52,082 bases of DNA. Source: Silvanigrellaceae bacterium. GTDB taxonomy: Bacteria > Bdellovibrionota_B > Oligoflexia > Silvanigrellales > Silvanigrellaceae. The notes beneath the pieces were generated by a model that saw only the letters and a list, made by a program, of their open reading frames with translations, ran no database searches and was not told the origin of the DNA. The stretch is from the NCBI GenBank assembly GCA_049423385.1, contig JBMSQQ010000010.1, positions 1 through 52,082 of the forward strand, written 5' to 3'. Within the stretch, counting starts at the first letter, position 1, and every line of letters begins with the position of its first letter. The translations under genes and the position numbers were made by a program. Positions 17,368 through 27,814 of this stretch are shown here, piece after piece.

Positions 17368-18615
17368 ATGGAAGCAGACACACCAACGAAACCGTCATTG
17401 ATGCACAGGGCCGTCGTTGTCTCGGCGTTGGGTTATTTTGTCGATATTTACGACCTCATTCTTTTCAGCATTGTTCGTAAAAAGAGCCTTGTGGATATTG
17501 GCATTCCCGAGTCGGAAATCTTGTCCGTCGGAATGCGGCTCATTGATTTGCAGATGCTTGGCATGCTTGTTGGCGGAGTGATTTGGGGAGTGTTGGGCGA
17601 CAAAAGGGGACGTGTTTCCGTCCTTTATGGTTCAATCTTGCTTTATTCGCTCGCAAATCTTGCAAACGCATTTGTACACGATCATGTCACTTATGGGATA
17701 CTCCGCTTCATTGCGGGCGTCGGTCTTGCGGGTGAATTGGGGGCAGCCATTACCCTTGTCAGTGAAGTTTTGGGCAAGGAATTGAGAAGTGCCGCTGCCG
17801 GTGTTGTGGCAGGTTTTGGCCTGTTGGGTTCTGTTGCTGCTGCCCTCATCGGTGAGAAATTGAGTTGGCGATGGGCTTACGGCATTGGCGGTGTTTTGGG
17901 GCTTGTCCTTTTGTTTGTGCGACTCAAAACGGGTGAATCCGAAATATTTGCGAGAATTGCTTCATCCGGCAGTCATGCACGCGGTTCATTCTTCATGTTC
18001 TTCACTGATGGTCAAAGGCTCAAGAGATATTTGTCCTGCATTGGACTTGGTATTCCGGTGTGGTTGGTTGTTGGAATATTCGCAACCCTGGCTCCCGACC
18101 TTGCCAAGGCTCGTGGCATTGAATTCCCGGTGCAGGCCTCGACGGCCGTCATGCTGGTTTATATTGGACTCGCCATTGGAGACCTCACGTCTGGCTCACT
18201 TTCGCATTTTGTCGGCAGTCGCAAACGGGTGATCAGTTGGTTCATGTTGGCCGCTCTGCTTCTCTCAATCCTTCACATGACAATCGGAAGTGTGAGTCAG
18301 ATTGTATTTTATGGAAGCTTGACACTTTTGGGTGTTGCGATTGGCTATTGGGCGCTTTTTGTACTGACCACTGCTGAGAATTTCGGAACAAATTTGCGCG
18401 CAACAGCAACGACAACGGTTCCAAACTTTGTTCGCGGATCGCTTGTGCCACTGAATTTTATAGTCGCAAGTTTTGCAGGGGAGGGTCGCATCGTGACCGG
18501 AGCCTGGGTAGCAACGGCAGTTGCTTTTGGAATTTCAATTGCCGCGCTCTATGCGCTCCGCGAAACTCATGGCCGTGATCTCGATTTTATCGAGGGAAAG
18601 GATATGCCGGCATGA
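17368..18615 (+). CDS. MFS transporter
   Basis: About 12 hydrophobic helices; GYFVDIYD, GVLGDKRGR (motif A), RFIAGVGLAGE. Confidence 0.9.
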   Translation: MEADTPTKPSLMHRAVVVSALGYFVDIYDLILFSIVRKKSLVDIGIPESEILSVGMRLIDLQMLGMLVGGVIWGVLGDKRGRVSVLYGSILLYSLANLANAFVHDHVTYGILRFIAGVGLAGELGAAITLVSEVLGKELRSAAAGVVAGFGLLGSVAAALIGEKLSWRWAYGIGGVLGLVLLFVRLKTGESEIFARIASSGSHARGSFFMFFTDGQRLKRYLSCIGLGIPVWLVVGIFATLAPDLAKARGIEFPVQASTAVMLVYIGLAIGDLTSGSLSHFVGSRKRVISWFMLAALLLSILHMTIGSVSQIVFYGSLTLLGVAIGYWALFVLTTAENFGTNLRATATTTVPNFVRGSLVPLNFIVASFAGEGRIVTGAWVATAVAFGISIAALYALRETHGRDLDFIEGKDMPA

Positions 18616-19814
18616 AGGTTGTTTCCTTGAGTTTTTCATTTTTGAGGCCTCTTCTTGTATCTCTCGTGATGGTTTGTTGGTTCGGCTGTGCGCCTCAGTC
18701 GTCGGAACAGCCGCCGGCGAATCAGCAAGGGTTTGGCCTGAGTGGTGGTATACAACCGGATGATTTTTATTGTCCGGAAGGATATTCCTACGACGGCGAA
18801 TATCACCTTTGTGAAGGTCAAAAGGGCGTTTTGGGTCCATTCAGTGATGCCATGATACAGCGCTGTAAAAGTTTTGGGGGCGGCTCACCGTGTGACGGTG
18901 TGCACTGGCAGCGTGAATTTGCCCACAGCATCCGCGGAACCGGCAAGTGTCCCAACGGAACCCAATGGGAGACTGAGCTTGAAGTTTGTTACAGCGGTGA
19001 GAATGTCTTTGGCCCGTTTTTAAGATCCCAACATGAACGATGTGTGTCTGCGGGTGGTGGACCTGCGTGCGAAACGATGCGCTGGTCACGACAATTTTTC
19101 AATTCCATTGGTTTGCCGCCATCCAAGGGGGCATCCTCTGCTGGTCTCGACTTTACGATTCCGGAACCTGAGGACGCGGACATTGTGGATGCATTCACCC
19201 TATGGGCAACCTATTATCGCATCCCGACTGTTCGCGATCTTGGATCAAGCGGAATTCCACTTTTGGACATGAATGGTCAAGAGCTCGGAGCGTCACTTTC
19301 CAGGCGAGACTGGTGTCATGCTGCGTTGGAAGGATCCGTGCGGGTTCTTGATTTTGATGGAAACGACACCGTTTACAACTACTCAGGTAGCCGCGAGAGT
19401 TACCGCCAGACTGACTGCTCTGATTACATTTCAATGCCACAACTGTCGTATTCAAGATTTTATCGGGCCAAAGGCCATTTTGGTGATGGTGTGAGTGGTT
19501 ATCACTTGAAGCCCTATCGCACGATTGCTGTTGATCCTTCTTACGTTCCTTATGGTTCGGTGATTTTTATTCCAGCAGCAAAAGGAACCCGTGTCGTTCT
19601 TCCCAATGGTCAACAGGCGATTCACGATGGATACTTCTTCGCCGCCGACACTGGCGGTGCGCTTCACGGAAAACACATCGATGTTTTTATTGGCAGTGCA
19701 CTGGATAATCCATTTTCATTCGTCAAATCGACAAGCAGCGGTTTGTTCAAGGTTTATCTTGTCCAATCCGCTGCCATCAAGGACCGGTTAAAAACACTTC
19801 ACCAGGTTCCCTGA
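18612..19814 (+). CDS. Lipoprotein with two Cys-rich repeats and a C-terminal 3D (MltA-like) domain
   Basis: Lipobox-like WFGC; IAVDPSYVPYGS, AADTGGAL.GKHIDVFIG. Confidence 0.8.
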   Translation: MKVVSLSFSFLRPLLVSLVMVCWFGCAPQSSEQPPANQQGFGLSGGIQPDDFYCPEGYSYDGEYHLCEGQKGVLGPFSDAMIQRCKSFGGGSPCDGVHWQREFAHSIRGTGKCPNGTQWETELEVCYSGENVFGPFLRSQHERCVSAGGGPACETMRWSRQFFNSIGLPPSKGASSAGLDFTIPEPEDADIVDAFTLWATYYRIPTVRDLGSSGIPLLDMNGQELGASLSRRDWCHAALEGSVRVLDFDGNDTVYNYSGSRESYRQTDCSDYISMPQLSYSRFYRAKGHFGDGVSGYHLKPYRTIAVDPSYVPYGSVIFIPAAKGTRVVLPNGQQAIHDGYFFAADTGGALHGKHIDVFIGSALDNPFSFVKSTSSGLFKVYLVQSAAIKDRLKTLHQVP

Positions 19815-19850
19815 TACTTTTTTTACAGGCGTGTTTCCGGTTTCGATGCA

Positions 19851-20258
19851 TCAAGCTTGCTCAATTTCTTGAGGACACTTTTTGTTGGTGTTTTGAGCTG
19901 ATTTCATTGTTTCCTTGCAGTCATCATACCAAATGTCCGTTTGGTGATTGCCTGATGAGAGTTTGGTCATTCGGTCGGTTGTGGTCAGTTTTTTGTTGAG
20001 ATCGTGGTCTGCACTCACGAGCAATCCACCTCCCGTAGCTACAGAGCCACCTATGATCATCAGTCCAACTGGAACACCTTGGAATGCAGGTGGAAACTGC
20101 AGCGTTGCTGCAGAAGAACCAGCGGCAATGACTGTTCCCGGTACAGAGCCCGAAATCATTATCATTCCACCACCAGAGTACTTCAGCTTCTGCATGAAAT
20201 TTTCAGCGACCCGATTGTTTTGTTTGACGGGTGACATGCTGACTGCCACGAGGGTCAT
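19851..20258 (-). CDS. Hypothetical protein or gene fragment
   Basis: Fills the 560-bp gap between genes; Gly-rich hydrophobic stretch; no clear SD. Confidence 0.3.
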   Translation of the reverse strand: MTLVAVSMSPVKQNNRVAENFMQKLKYSGGGMIMISGSVPGTVIAAGSSAATLQFPPAFQGVPVGLMIIGGSVATGGGLLVSADHDLNKKLTTTDRMTKLSSGNHQTDIWYDDCKETMKSAQNTNKKCPQEIEQA

Positions 20259-20377
20259 GTTGGGAGCTTTAATCGGGCAAACCGAGCAGATCTCGATGGA
20301 TTGTGTATTTTGGCCTTTATCGGTGCCTAAAATTTCGCAGCAATTGAAGTTTGTGAGGAAGCTTCAGTGGCTTTTGC

Positions 20378-21205
20378 TTAGCCCTCGTTCTTCGGACTTT
20401 CCAAAGTGCTCCCACCCAAAAGTGCTTTTCTTCGCTCCAGCAACTTGCTTGATTTTTCCTTCAACTGCTGTGGCGTCGTTGACCTGTAGAAGCTCAATTC
20501 ATCTGATTTTGGATTTTTTTCCAGTTGTTCAGCCAGTTTGAGGTAGGCATCGGATGCCTTGGAGAGAGCGGCTGTTTGGATATCCTTGAAGGATGAAAAC
20601 GTGTCGGCAACGTATAGAAATCGCGTCAACGCTCCGTGCCAGAGTTCTTTTTTCCAATAAAACTCCGCAACAAAGAGGTGATGCTGGGCAAGACGCATTT
20701 TCAATTGCGAAATCCGCTCAGCGCTGTCTTTCGCATGGACCGAACGCGGAAATTTTTGCAGAAGCTCGGAGTATTTTTCAATTGCTTTTTGCGCTGTTGC
20801 TTGTTCGCGATCAACATCGTCGGGACTCTGAAGATCGTACGATTTTCCTACACGAAACAAAGCAAAATCGGCTTGTGTGTGGCTTGGATTGCGCCGCAGA
20901 AAATCATCGTAGTTGGCAATGCACTCGGCAAATCGATTGGTTTTGAAAAAGGCATCGGCCTGAAGGAGTTCAGCCTCAGAAGCATACTGAGAGTATGGAA
21001 ACCTGCTTCTGTATTCGTTGACTTCCTGAACGAGTCGTTCCCATGATTCGTCCTTGTGAAGTCCCCGGAGTCGAGCAATTCCCTCGTCTGCGGTCAATTC
21101 GGTGATGGGTTTGAGTTCGCACCCCACGATGATGACTGTCGCGCTGGCAATGGAAAGTCCGGCAATTGCGCTGAGCAGAGTTGGCTTGATGGTCTTCAGA
21201 GTCAT
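20378..21205 (-). CDS. bamD: Outer-membrane protein assembly factor BamD
   Basis: Lipobox IIVGC; RFPYSQYA, FLRRNPSH.ADFALF, DREQ, FPRS, VAEFYWK. Confidence 0.85.
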   Translation of the reverse strand: MTLKTIKPTLLSAIAGLSIASATVIIVGCELKPITELTADEGIARLRGLHKDESWERLVQEVNEYRSRFPYSQYASEAELLQADAFFKTNRFAECIANYDDFLRRNPSHTQADFALFRVGKSYDLQSPDDVDREQATAQKAIEKYSELLQKFPRSVHAKDSAERISQLKMRLAQHHLFVAEFYWKKELWHGALTRFLYVADTFSSFKDIQTAALSKASDAYLKLAEQLEKNPKSDELSFYRSTTPQQLKEKSSKLLERRKALLGGSTLESPKNEG

Positions 21206-21206
21206 G

Positions 21207-21620
21207 TCAGTTTCCCTTCATTTCCTGGGTCAATTCGACAAGGATTCCGCCGGTAGAACGGGGGTGTATGAATGCGATTTTTGTATGATGCGCTCCAATG
21301 CGGGGTTCCGGGTCTATCAATTGTACCCCTTTTTGCTTGAGTGCCGCCAGCCATTCCTCAAGATTGTCGACTTCCAAAGCAATGTGCTGAATTCCGCCGC
21401 CACGTTCAGTGACGAACTTTGCAACCGGACTTGCCTCCTCGGTTGCTTCGAGAATTTCAAGTCGGCTTTTTTCCGATTGAAAGAAAGTCACTTTAACTTT
21501 TTGGTCTGCAACCGTTTCTTCACCAACGTTTTCCAGATTCAGGATCGAGTCAAAGAAGGATTTTGCAACATCTGGATTTTTGGGGGCTATTCCAAGATGA
21601 TTGATGCGGATGATTTTCAT
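21207..21620 (-). CDS. mce: Methylmalonyl-CoA epimerase
   Basis: INHLGIA, LEILE, GGIQHIALEV, IAFIHP.STGG.LVEL. Confidence 0.93.
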   Translation of the reverse strand: MKIIRINHLGIAPKNPDVAKSFFDSILNLENVGEETVADQKVKVTFFQSEKSRLEILEATEEASPVAKFVTERGGGIQHIALEVDNLEEWLAALKQKGVQLIDPEPRIGAHHTKIAFIHPRSTGGILVELTQEMKGN

Positions 21621-22624
21621 GGTGTCGATCTCCTGAATGATTTTGCAAGCTCGTCTGCAACGGCAAGAGCCGGACGCTTGCCCTCTATCACGGCGTTCAG
21701 AATCGAATCGTCCAAGCTTTCAATCAGAGCAAGAAAATCAGGTTCGACGACATTGTGCAAGGCGCGGAGAATTTCCTTCGTGGCCCTTTGTTTTCGCAGT
21801 TCGTGCCCTTTGGGATGGCTGGTCTCATAATCGGAGTGGTTGATGATGGCATTTGCCAGACGTTCAATACCTTGTTCGTTGGCTGCGCTGGTTGCCACGA
21901 CCGGCGGACACCAGGCGTTTGGATCCGCTGGCGCCGTATTTTCATGCAGCTCATTGATCATCCGGGCTGGGCTTGCAATATCTGATTTGTTGATGACATA
22001 GATATCTGCGAGTTGAAGAACACCCGCTTTCATCAACTGCACTTCGTCACCACTGTTGGGCATCAGCACGAGGACTGTTGTGTCGGCCAATTCAACGATT
22101 TCACTCTCGCTTTGGCCAATGCCGACCGTTTCCACAAGGATATAGTCAAAACCGAGAAGTCCTGCGAGGCGAATCGCTCCTCTCGTTGAGCGCGCAACAC
22201 CTCCCAATGCACCACGACTGCCCATTGATCGAATAAACACGCCTGGGTCTTTGAAGTGTTCCTGCATGCGAACCCGATCGCCCAAGACCGCACCGCCGGA
22301 GAGGGGAGAAGAGGGGTCAACAGCCAGAACCGCAACGGTCTTGCCTGCATTGCGCATTTCGCGGACCAGCAAATTGGTCAGCGATGACTTTCCCGCACCG
22401 GGAAGCCCGGTCATGCCAACGACACGCGAAGTTACTGGAGCATTTGTCGAGGTGATGGTCGAAAGCACGTTCATTGCCAATAATGGGTTGCTCTCGAGGA
22501 ACGTGATTGCCCGGCTCAGTGCACGAACGCGCGAGCGCCAAGGATCATTCATCCCCTCGACGAGCTCTGCTCCCGTCAAATGACGAGCGAGTTGGGCAAC
22601 GTCGATGGAGCGAAGGATTTTCAT
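21617..22624 (-). CDS. meaB: Methylmalonyl-CoA mutase-associated GTPase MeaB
   Basis: GMTGLPGAGKSS, AVDPSSP.SGGA.LGDRVRM, VETVGIGQSE, INKSD. Confidence 0.93.
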   Translation of the reverse strand: MKILRSIDVAQLARHLTGAELVEGMNDPWRSRVRALSRAITFLESNPLLAMNVLSTITSTNAPVTSRVVGMTGLPGAGKSSLTNLLVREMRNAGKTVAVLAVDPSSPLSGGAVLGDRVRMQEHFKDPGVFIRSMGSRGALGGVARSTRGAIRLAGLLGFDYILVETVGIGQSESEIVELADTTVLVLMPNSGDEVQLMKAGVLQLADIYVINKSDIASPARMINELHENTAPADPNAWCPPVVATSAANEQGIERLANAIINHSDYETSHPKGHELRKQRATKEILRALHNVVEPDFLALIESLDDSILNAVIEGKRPALAVADELAKSFRRSTP

Positions 22625-23190
22625 TTTCCATTCTCATCTGCTGTTGGTATTAAAGTGCAAAGCGTATCACCGACTGAAACGCTGGCTCCCGATTGAACCT
22701 TGATGTTTTGAATCACGCCGGGGCATTCGGCCTGGATTCTGTTCTCCATTTTCATGGCTTCAATGGTCAGCAAAACGTCGCCTTCATTCACCAACTGGCC
22801 ATCTTTCACAAGGATCGAAAGAACCTTGCCGGTGAGCGGTGATTTTTGATCGCCTCCACCCAGATTGGACGAAGATCTCTTGATTGCGATTGGTTTGATT
22901 TGTTCGATTGAGATTCGGCGGAACGTCGCGGGCGCTCCCATTTTGATTCGCGCATCGCTCCCCTTGAGGAGTAGGCCGGCTCCAGAAAATGGTATGACCA
23001 AGTTGTCGACGCAAATGGAGCGTCTGTCGCCGTGAAGTCGAATTTGAACATCGCCCAGCGGCTTCAGGTTTTCGTCGAGTTTGGTGGCCCTGAGTGCCCT
23101 GCCGGGTTGCAGCTCCTGTTCAAGAACGTGATCTGCAACTTCAAAATACCAGCTGACGGCATCGCCTTTTTGGTGAACCTTGAATTTCAT
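22621..23190 (-). CDS. Biotin carboxyl carrier subunit with N-terminal BT-like region
   Basis: IEAMKMEN biotinylation motif; SPLTGKV. Confidence 0.9.
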   Translation of the reverse strand: MKFKVHQKGDAVSWYFEVADHVLEQELQPGRALRATKLDENLKPLGDVQIRLHGDRRSICVDNLVIPFSGAGLLLKGSDARIKMGAPATFRRISIEQIKPIAIKRSSSNLGGGDQKSPLTGKVLSILVKDGQLVNEGDVLLTIEAMKMENRIQAECPGVIQNIKVQSGASVSVGDTLCTLIPTADENGK

Positions 23191-23208
23191 TTGAACTTCA
23201 CCTCAACC

Positions 23209-24807
23209 TTAATGCCGCGTTGCGTCCAGGCGATGTGCCTGGGCCCATGGACTGGTGGATTGAACTTGATTCAGACCTTCGGAGCTTGTGCCCTGGGCGG
23301 AATTGCCAATGTTGCCGGCAGACTCTCCGTAGGATGAAGACTCTCTTCGAACCGACTGAATCGACAGCAAAGACGCCAAGGCGGCTTCGGCATCCAGTTC
23401 CGGTTGATGGGATTCGAAGTCTTTCAAGAGCGATTCGTTTTCTTCAACAAAACGGGTTGTGTACTCGCCTGATTTGAAAGCGGCGCTCTTGATGAGTGCC
23501 TGATGGTAAGGAATGGTGGTTTCAACTCCGTCGATCACGGTTTCGCCAAGTGCCCGGTAGAGCTTGGCAAGCGCGTCTTCCCGATTTTGCCCATGGACAA
23601 TAATCTTCGCAATCATGGAATCGTAGAATGTCGGGATACGGTAGCCTTGGTAGAGATGCGTATCGACCCGCACTCCTGGGCCTGCAGGAAGTTCGAGGCG
23701 TTTGATTTCTCCCACGGATGGACGAAAGCCATTGAAGGGATCTTCTGCGTTGATGCGTGCTTCGAATGCCCAACCACGGATTTGAATATCTTTTTGTTCA
23801 AATGGAAGCGCCTCTCCGGCAGCAACACGAAGTTGCCACTGAACGAGGTCGATCCCTGTGATGGCTTCCGAGACAGGATGTTCAACCTGAATCCGGGTGT
23901 TCATTTCCATGAAGTAGAATTTCTCGGGAGACTCGAGAATGAATTCGCATGTGCCTGCATTTACGTATCCTACCGATTGGGCCGCCTTGACTGCCACTCG
24001 ACCCATCTCTGCACGGGTTGCCTCGGAGATGAAGCTGCTGGGAGCCTCTTCGATAAGCTTTTGATTACGGCGTTGGATTGTGCAATCACGCTCAAACAAG
24101 TGAACGACGTTGCCTTTGCTGTCGGCGAGAATTTGAATCTCGACGTGGCGTGGTCGCTCGATGAATCTTTCACAAAAGACATCCTGATTTCCAAAATAAC
24201 TGAGCGCTTCGCGCTGGCAGTTGGAAAAAGAATCTTCAATTTCCTCAGGCTTGCGGATGACGCGCATCCCTCGCCCACCACCACCTGCAGCTGCTTTCAA
24301 AATGACCGGATATCCGATCTGCGCAATCACTTTCTTGAGGTCTTCAACATCTTTGAGTGGTTCATTCTTGCCAGGCGAACACGGAACCCCGGCTGCAGTC
24401 ACAGCTCGTTTGGCAAAGGTTTTGTCGCCCATGGAATGGATGGCCATGGGTGAAGGGCCAATCCAGACCAGCCCAGCTTCAAGCACAGCATTGGCGAAGT
24501 CGGCATTTTCCGACAAAAATCCAAAACCGGGATGAACAGCTTCCGCGCCCGAAGATTTCGCTGCCTGGATAATGTTGTCGATTCGAAGGTAGCTTTCGGA
24601 ACTCGGGCCCGGGCCAATGCACAATGCCTGATCTGCCATGGAAACGTGTCTGCAATCCGCATCAGCCTCGGAATAGACGGCGATGGGCGAAAGACCCAAA
24701 TCCCGGCAGGCGCGGATCACCCGAACGGCGATTTCGCCACGGTTCGCTATCAGTACTCTTTTGAAGGGTCTGTGAACGAGTTCACGATATTTCACCATGC
24801 TGGTCAT
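23209..24807 (-). CDS. Acyl-CoA (probably propionyl-CoA) carboxylase, biotin carboxylase subunit
   Basis: LIANRGEIA, HPGFGFLSEN, GGGGRGMR, ERDCTIQRR, EMNTRIQVEH, YDSMIAK. Confidence 0.93.
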   Translation of the reverse strand: MTSMVKYRELVHRPFKRVLIANRGEIAVRVIRACRDLGLSPIAVYSEADADCRHVSMADQALCIGPGPSSESYLRIDNIIQAAKSSGAEAVHPGFGFLSENADFANAVLEAGLVWIGPSPMAIHSMGDKTFAKRAVTAAGVPCSPGKNEPLKDVEDLKKVIAQIGYPVILKAAAGGGGRGMRVIRKPEEIEDSFSNCQREALSYFGNQDVFCERFIERPRHVEIQILADSKGNVVHLFERDCTIQRRNQKLIEEAPSSFISEATRAEMGRVAVKAAQSVGYVNAGTCEFILESPEKFYFMEMNTRIQVEHPVSEAITGIDLVQWQLRVAAGEALPFEQKDIQIRGWAFEARINAEDPFNGFRPSVGEIKRLELPAGPGVRVDTHLYQGYRIPTFYDSMIAKIIVHGQNREDALAKLYRALGETVIDGVETTIPYHQALIKSAAFKSGEYTTRFVEENESLLKDFESHQPELDAEAALASLLSIQSVRRESSSYGESAGNIGNSAQGTSSEGLNQVQSTSPWAQAHRLDATRH

Positions 24808-24828
24808 GTTCTTTTGGTCCTTGCCTGT

Positions 24829-26385
24829 TCAGAGCGGAATGTTGCCGTGTTTTCTGCGCGGCAGGTTTTTGCGTTTGTTGGCATTCATTCGCAAAGCGTT
24901 GATGAGCGTTTTGCGCGTTTCCTTTGGCTCGATGATGTTGTCAATAAAGCCTTTCGAGGCCGCAACGTATGGATTCGCAAAGGTGTCGCGATAAGTCTCG
25001 ATCAGTTCCTTGCGCTTTGCCTCTGGATTTTGAGCTTGTGCGATTTCGTTCTTGAAGATGATGTTGCAAGCTCCCTCGGGGCCCATGACGGCAATTTCCG
25101 CAGATGGCCATGCGACATTCAAGTCGGCTCCAATGTGCTTGCTGTTCATCACATCATACGCTCCGCCATAGGCTTTGCGCGTGATGACTGTGAAGCGTGG
25201 TACGGATGCTTCGGAAAATGCGTAAAGCAGTTTTGCTCCGTGTTTGATGATTCCGCCGAACTCCTGGGCCGTCCCTGGAAGAAATCCGGGAACGTCGGTG
25301 AAGACAACCAGTGGGATATTGAAAGAGTCGCAGAAGCGCACGAAACGGGCACCCTTGATGCTGGCATTGATGTCCAGGACTCCCGCAAGCGCCATGGGAT
25401 TGTTTGCAACGACACCAACCGTCTGACCATTCAGGCGGGCAAATCCAATGATCAAGTTCTTTGCATACATCGGTTGGAGCTCAAGAAAAGAACCTGTATC
25501 CAGAACGCGCTTGATGACATCGTGCATGCTGTAGGGTTGGTTGGGATTGTTTGGGATGATTTGATTCAGTTCATCATCCGCACGATCCGGAGAGTCGGAG
25601 GTTGCAAGAACCGGAGCGGTTTCAAGATTGTTCTGCGGCAGGTATCCAAGCAGTTTTTTGACGAACTGGATGGTTTCATATTCGTCCGCGCAGGCAGCAT
25701 CCGCGACACCGCTTTTGATGTTGTGGGTCTCGGCGCCTCCCAGTGTTTCAAAGTCGATTTCTTCACCGGTGACTGTTTTGATAACGTCGGGGCCTGTGAT
25801 GAACATGTGCGACGAGTGTTGAGTCATGATAATGAAGTCGGTGATCGCGGGAGAATATACGGCACCTCCGGCACATGGACCCAGAATTGCGCTGATCTGG
25901 GGAATCACACCACTGGCCTGGGTGTTGCGATAGAAAATTTCAGCATAGCCACCCAAGCTTGCCACGCCTTCCTGGATGCGTGCTCCGCCACTATCGTTGA
26001 GGCCAACGACCGGTGCGCCATTTTGAACGGCAAGGTCCATTATTTTGCAGATTTTCCTTGCATGCATTTCAGAGAGACTGCCACCGAAAACAGTGAAGTC
26101 CTGAGCAAAAATGTAAACAGGTCTGCCGTTCACTTGCCCACAACCGGTGACAACACCGTCGCCCAGATATTTCTGGCCTTCCATGCCAAAGTCACTGCAG
26201 TTGTGAACAACAAAGGAATCAAATTCCACGAATGTTCCGGAATCGACAAATTCAGAAATTCTTTCGCGCGCAGTCATTTTGCCTTTTTTGTGCTGCGCCT
26301 CGATGCGCTTTGAACCGCCACCTTCAAGGGCCTTTGTTCTTTGAAGCTGCAGCTTTTCGATGGATTGCACTGTTGTGAGAGTCAC
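24829..26385 (-). CDS. pccB: Propionyl-CoA carboxylase carboxyltransferase (beta) subunit
   Basis: [51 protein letters not shown]. Confidence 0.93.
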   Translation of the reverse strand: MTLTTVQSIEKLQLQRTKALEGGGSKRIEAQHKKGKMTARERISEFVDSGTFVEFDSFVVHNCSDFGMEGQKYLGDGVVTGCGQVNGRPVYIFAQDFTVFGGSLSEMHARKICKIMDLAVQNGAPVVGLNDSGGARIQEGVASLGGYAEIFYRNTQASGVIPQISAILGPCAGGAVYSPAITDFIIMTQHSSHMFITGPDVIKTVTGEEIDFETLGGAETHNIKSGVADAACADEYETIQFVKKLLGYLPQNNLETAPVLATSDSPDRADDELNQIIPNNPNQPYSMHDVIKRVLDTGSFLELQPMYAKNLIIGFARLNGQTVGVVANNPMALAGVLDINASIKGARFVRFCDSFNIPLVVFTDVPGFLPGTAQEFGGIIKHGAKLLYAFSEASVPRFTVITRKAYGGAYDVMNSKHIGADLNVAWPSAEIAVMGPEGACNIIFKNEIAQAQNPEAKRKELIETYRDTFANPYVAASKGFIDNIIEPKETRKTLINALRMNANKRKNLPRRKHGNIPL

Positions 26386-26388
26386 GGT

Positions 26389-26874
26389 TTACTTCTCCAG
26401 AAGTCGTTTGATTTCTGCAATGACGTCTTCGATGCGGGTGCCTGGCGTGAAAATGGCGCCAACGCCGGCGTTCAACAGGTCTGGAATGTCTTCCTCTGGA
26501 ATGATTCCCCCGCCAATGACAGGGATATCTCCACCGCCTTGTTTTTTGAGGGCAGCCAAAACCCGAGGAAACAATTCGCTGTGAGCCCCGGAAAGCAACG
26601 ACAAGCCAACAATATCGACGTCCTCTTGGACGGCTGTAATGGCAATATCGTCCGGAGACTGGCGAATTCCCGTGTAGATGACCTCCATGCCGGCATCCCG
26701 GAGAGCCTTGGCAATGTATTTCGCGCCACGGTCATGTCCGTCCAACCCAGGTTTGGCTATAAGCACCCGAGGAACCTTGTCGAATTTGACCCCTGCAATA
26801 TCAATTTCAGTGGGGTCTCCCGAGCTGCCACCCGAGGGGGTGTATGCGGGGGAGGTGAAACGGCGGTGAATCAT
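26389..26874 (-). CDS. Cobalamin-binding (small) subunit of a split methylmalonyl-CoA mutase
   Basis: [13 protein letters not shown] (DxHxxG), [20 protein letters not shown]. Confidence 0.92.
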   Translation of the reverse strand: MIHRRFTSPAYTPSGGSSGDPTEIDIAGVKFDKVPRVLIAKPGLDGHDRGAKYIAKALRDAGMEVIYTGIRQSPDDIAITAVQEDVDIVGLSLLSGAHSELFPRVLAALKKQGGGDIPVIGGGIIPEEDIPDLLNAGVGAIFTPGTRIEDVIAEIKRLLEK

Positions 26875-26953
26875 AGTCTGCTCCGGTCGTCATCCGTACC
26901 GGGTTTATGGCCCATTTCCCCGCACGGACTCTTGTTTTTTCAAGCTGGTCCGC

Positions 26954-26981
26954 AGTCTAGTGGTCTGTCCTTTTTTTGCAA
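26954..26981 (-). promoter_or_regulatory. Candidate sigma70 promoter for the propionate/methylmalonyl-CoA operon
   Basis: TTGCAA-N16-TAGACT on the minus strand in the divergent intergenic region. Confidence 0.4.
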
Positions 26982-27038
26982 CTTGCCAAAAGCGAATCTG
27001 GCCGCTAGAAGCCGGGCAGTCCCAGTTGAGGAACAATT

Positions 27039-27740
27039 ATGACTCTCGGATGGTCGGCTTTGCGGCTGCATTCCCTTTCGCGCAAGGTGCTTGATGCCAC
27101 CGGCGGCAGAGGCCGTTCGCACGTCGCACCCTTGGTGATTGGCGTCTGCGGTGGATCTGGAAGCGGAAAAACATCATTTTGCGAAAAGTTCGTGGAACTG
27201 GTGGGGCCGGATCAGGTCGCTTACCTCAAGCAGGACGACTATTACCGTGATTTGGGGCACCTGGATTTGGAGAATCGGGTTCAGGTCAACTTCGACCATC
27301 CCGAGGCTATTGAATTTCCATTGCTCTGTACCCATTTGGATCTGCTCTCGGCTGGTCATCAAATCGCTGTTCCCCAGTACGATTTCAAGTCGTACACCCG
27401 GACACGAATTCAGAGAATCGTTTCGCCCCGTCCGATTGTACTATTGGAAGGCATTCTGATTTTTTCCGATTCACCGCTCGAGTCGCGCATTCATCATAAG
27501 ATTTTCATCGATGCGACCGAAGAAGTTCGTTTCAACCGACGATTGCGACGAGACGTCCGTGATCGTGGTCGAAGTCCCGAATCCGTCGAGGAAAGATTCA
27601 AGGAGACGGTCAGGCCCATGCACGAGCAGTTTGTTGAACCTTGCAAAGCTCGAGCCGACAGAATCATCTCTGGCGAATCGCCATTTGAGCCCACCTTGTT
27701 GGAACTCTCGACATACTTGCTACAATCCAAGCGCCGTTAG
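27039..27740 (+). CDS. udk: Uridine kinase
   Basis: IGVCGGSGSGKT, QDDYY, NFDHPEA, LEGILIF, RRLRRDVRDRGR, RPMHEQFVEP. Confidence 0.93.
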   Translation: MTLGWSALRLHSLSRKVLDATGGRGRSHVAPLVIGVCGGSGSGKTSFCEKFVELVGPDQVAYLKQDDYYRDLGHLDLENRVQVNFDHPEAIEFPLLCTHLDLLSAGHQIAVPQYDFKSYTRTRIQRIVSPRPIVLLEGILIFSDSPLESRIHHKIFIDATEEVRFNRRLRRDVRDRGRSPESVEERFKETVRPMHEQFVEPCKARADRIISGESPFEPTLLELSTYLLQSKRR

Positions 27741-27814
27741 AAAGTTCCTGATTCTCTCTGATATTTGGGACCATCGGAATCGAAGGCTAAAATTGTTCAA
27801 CCTTGGGGGTTCGT

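Noticed and set aside
24532..26313. 593-aa + strand ORF antisense to pccB
   Set aside because: Lies opposite a highly conserved gene, has no recognisable motifs, and is the typical stop-free shadow frame produced by codon bias
26875..27038. Possible cobalamin riboswitch ahead of the B12-binding subunit
   Set aside because: The leader is short and I see no B12-box or core riboswitch motifs
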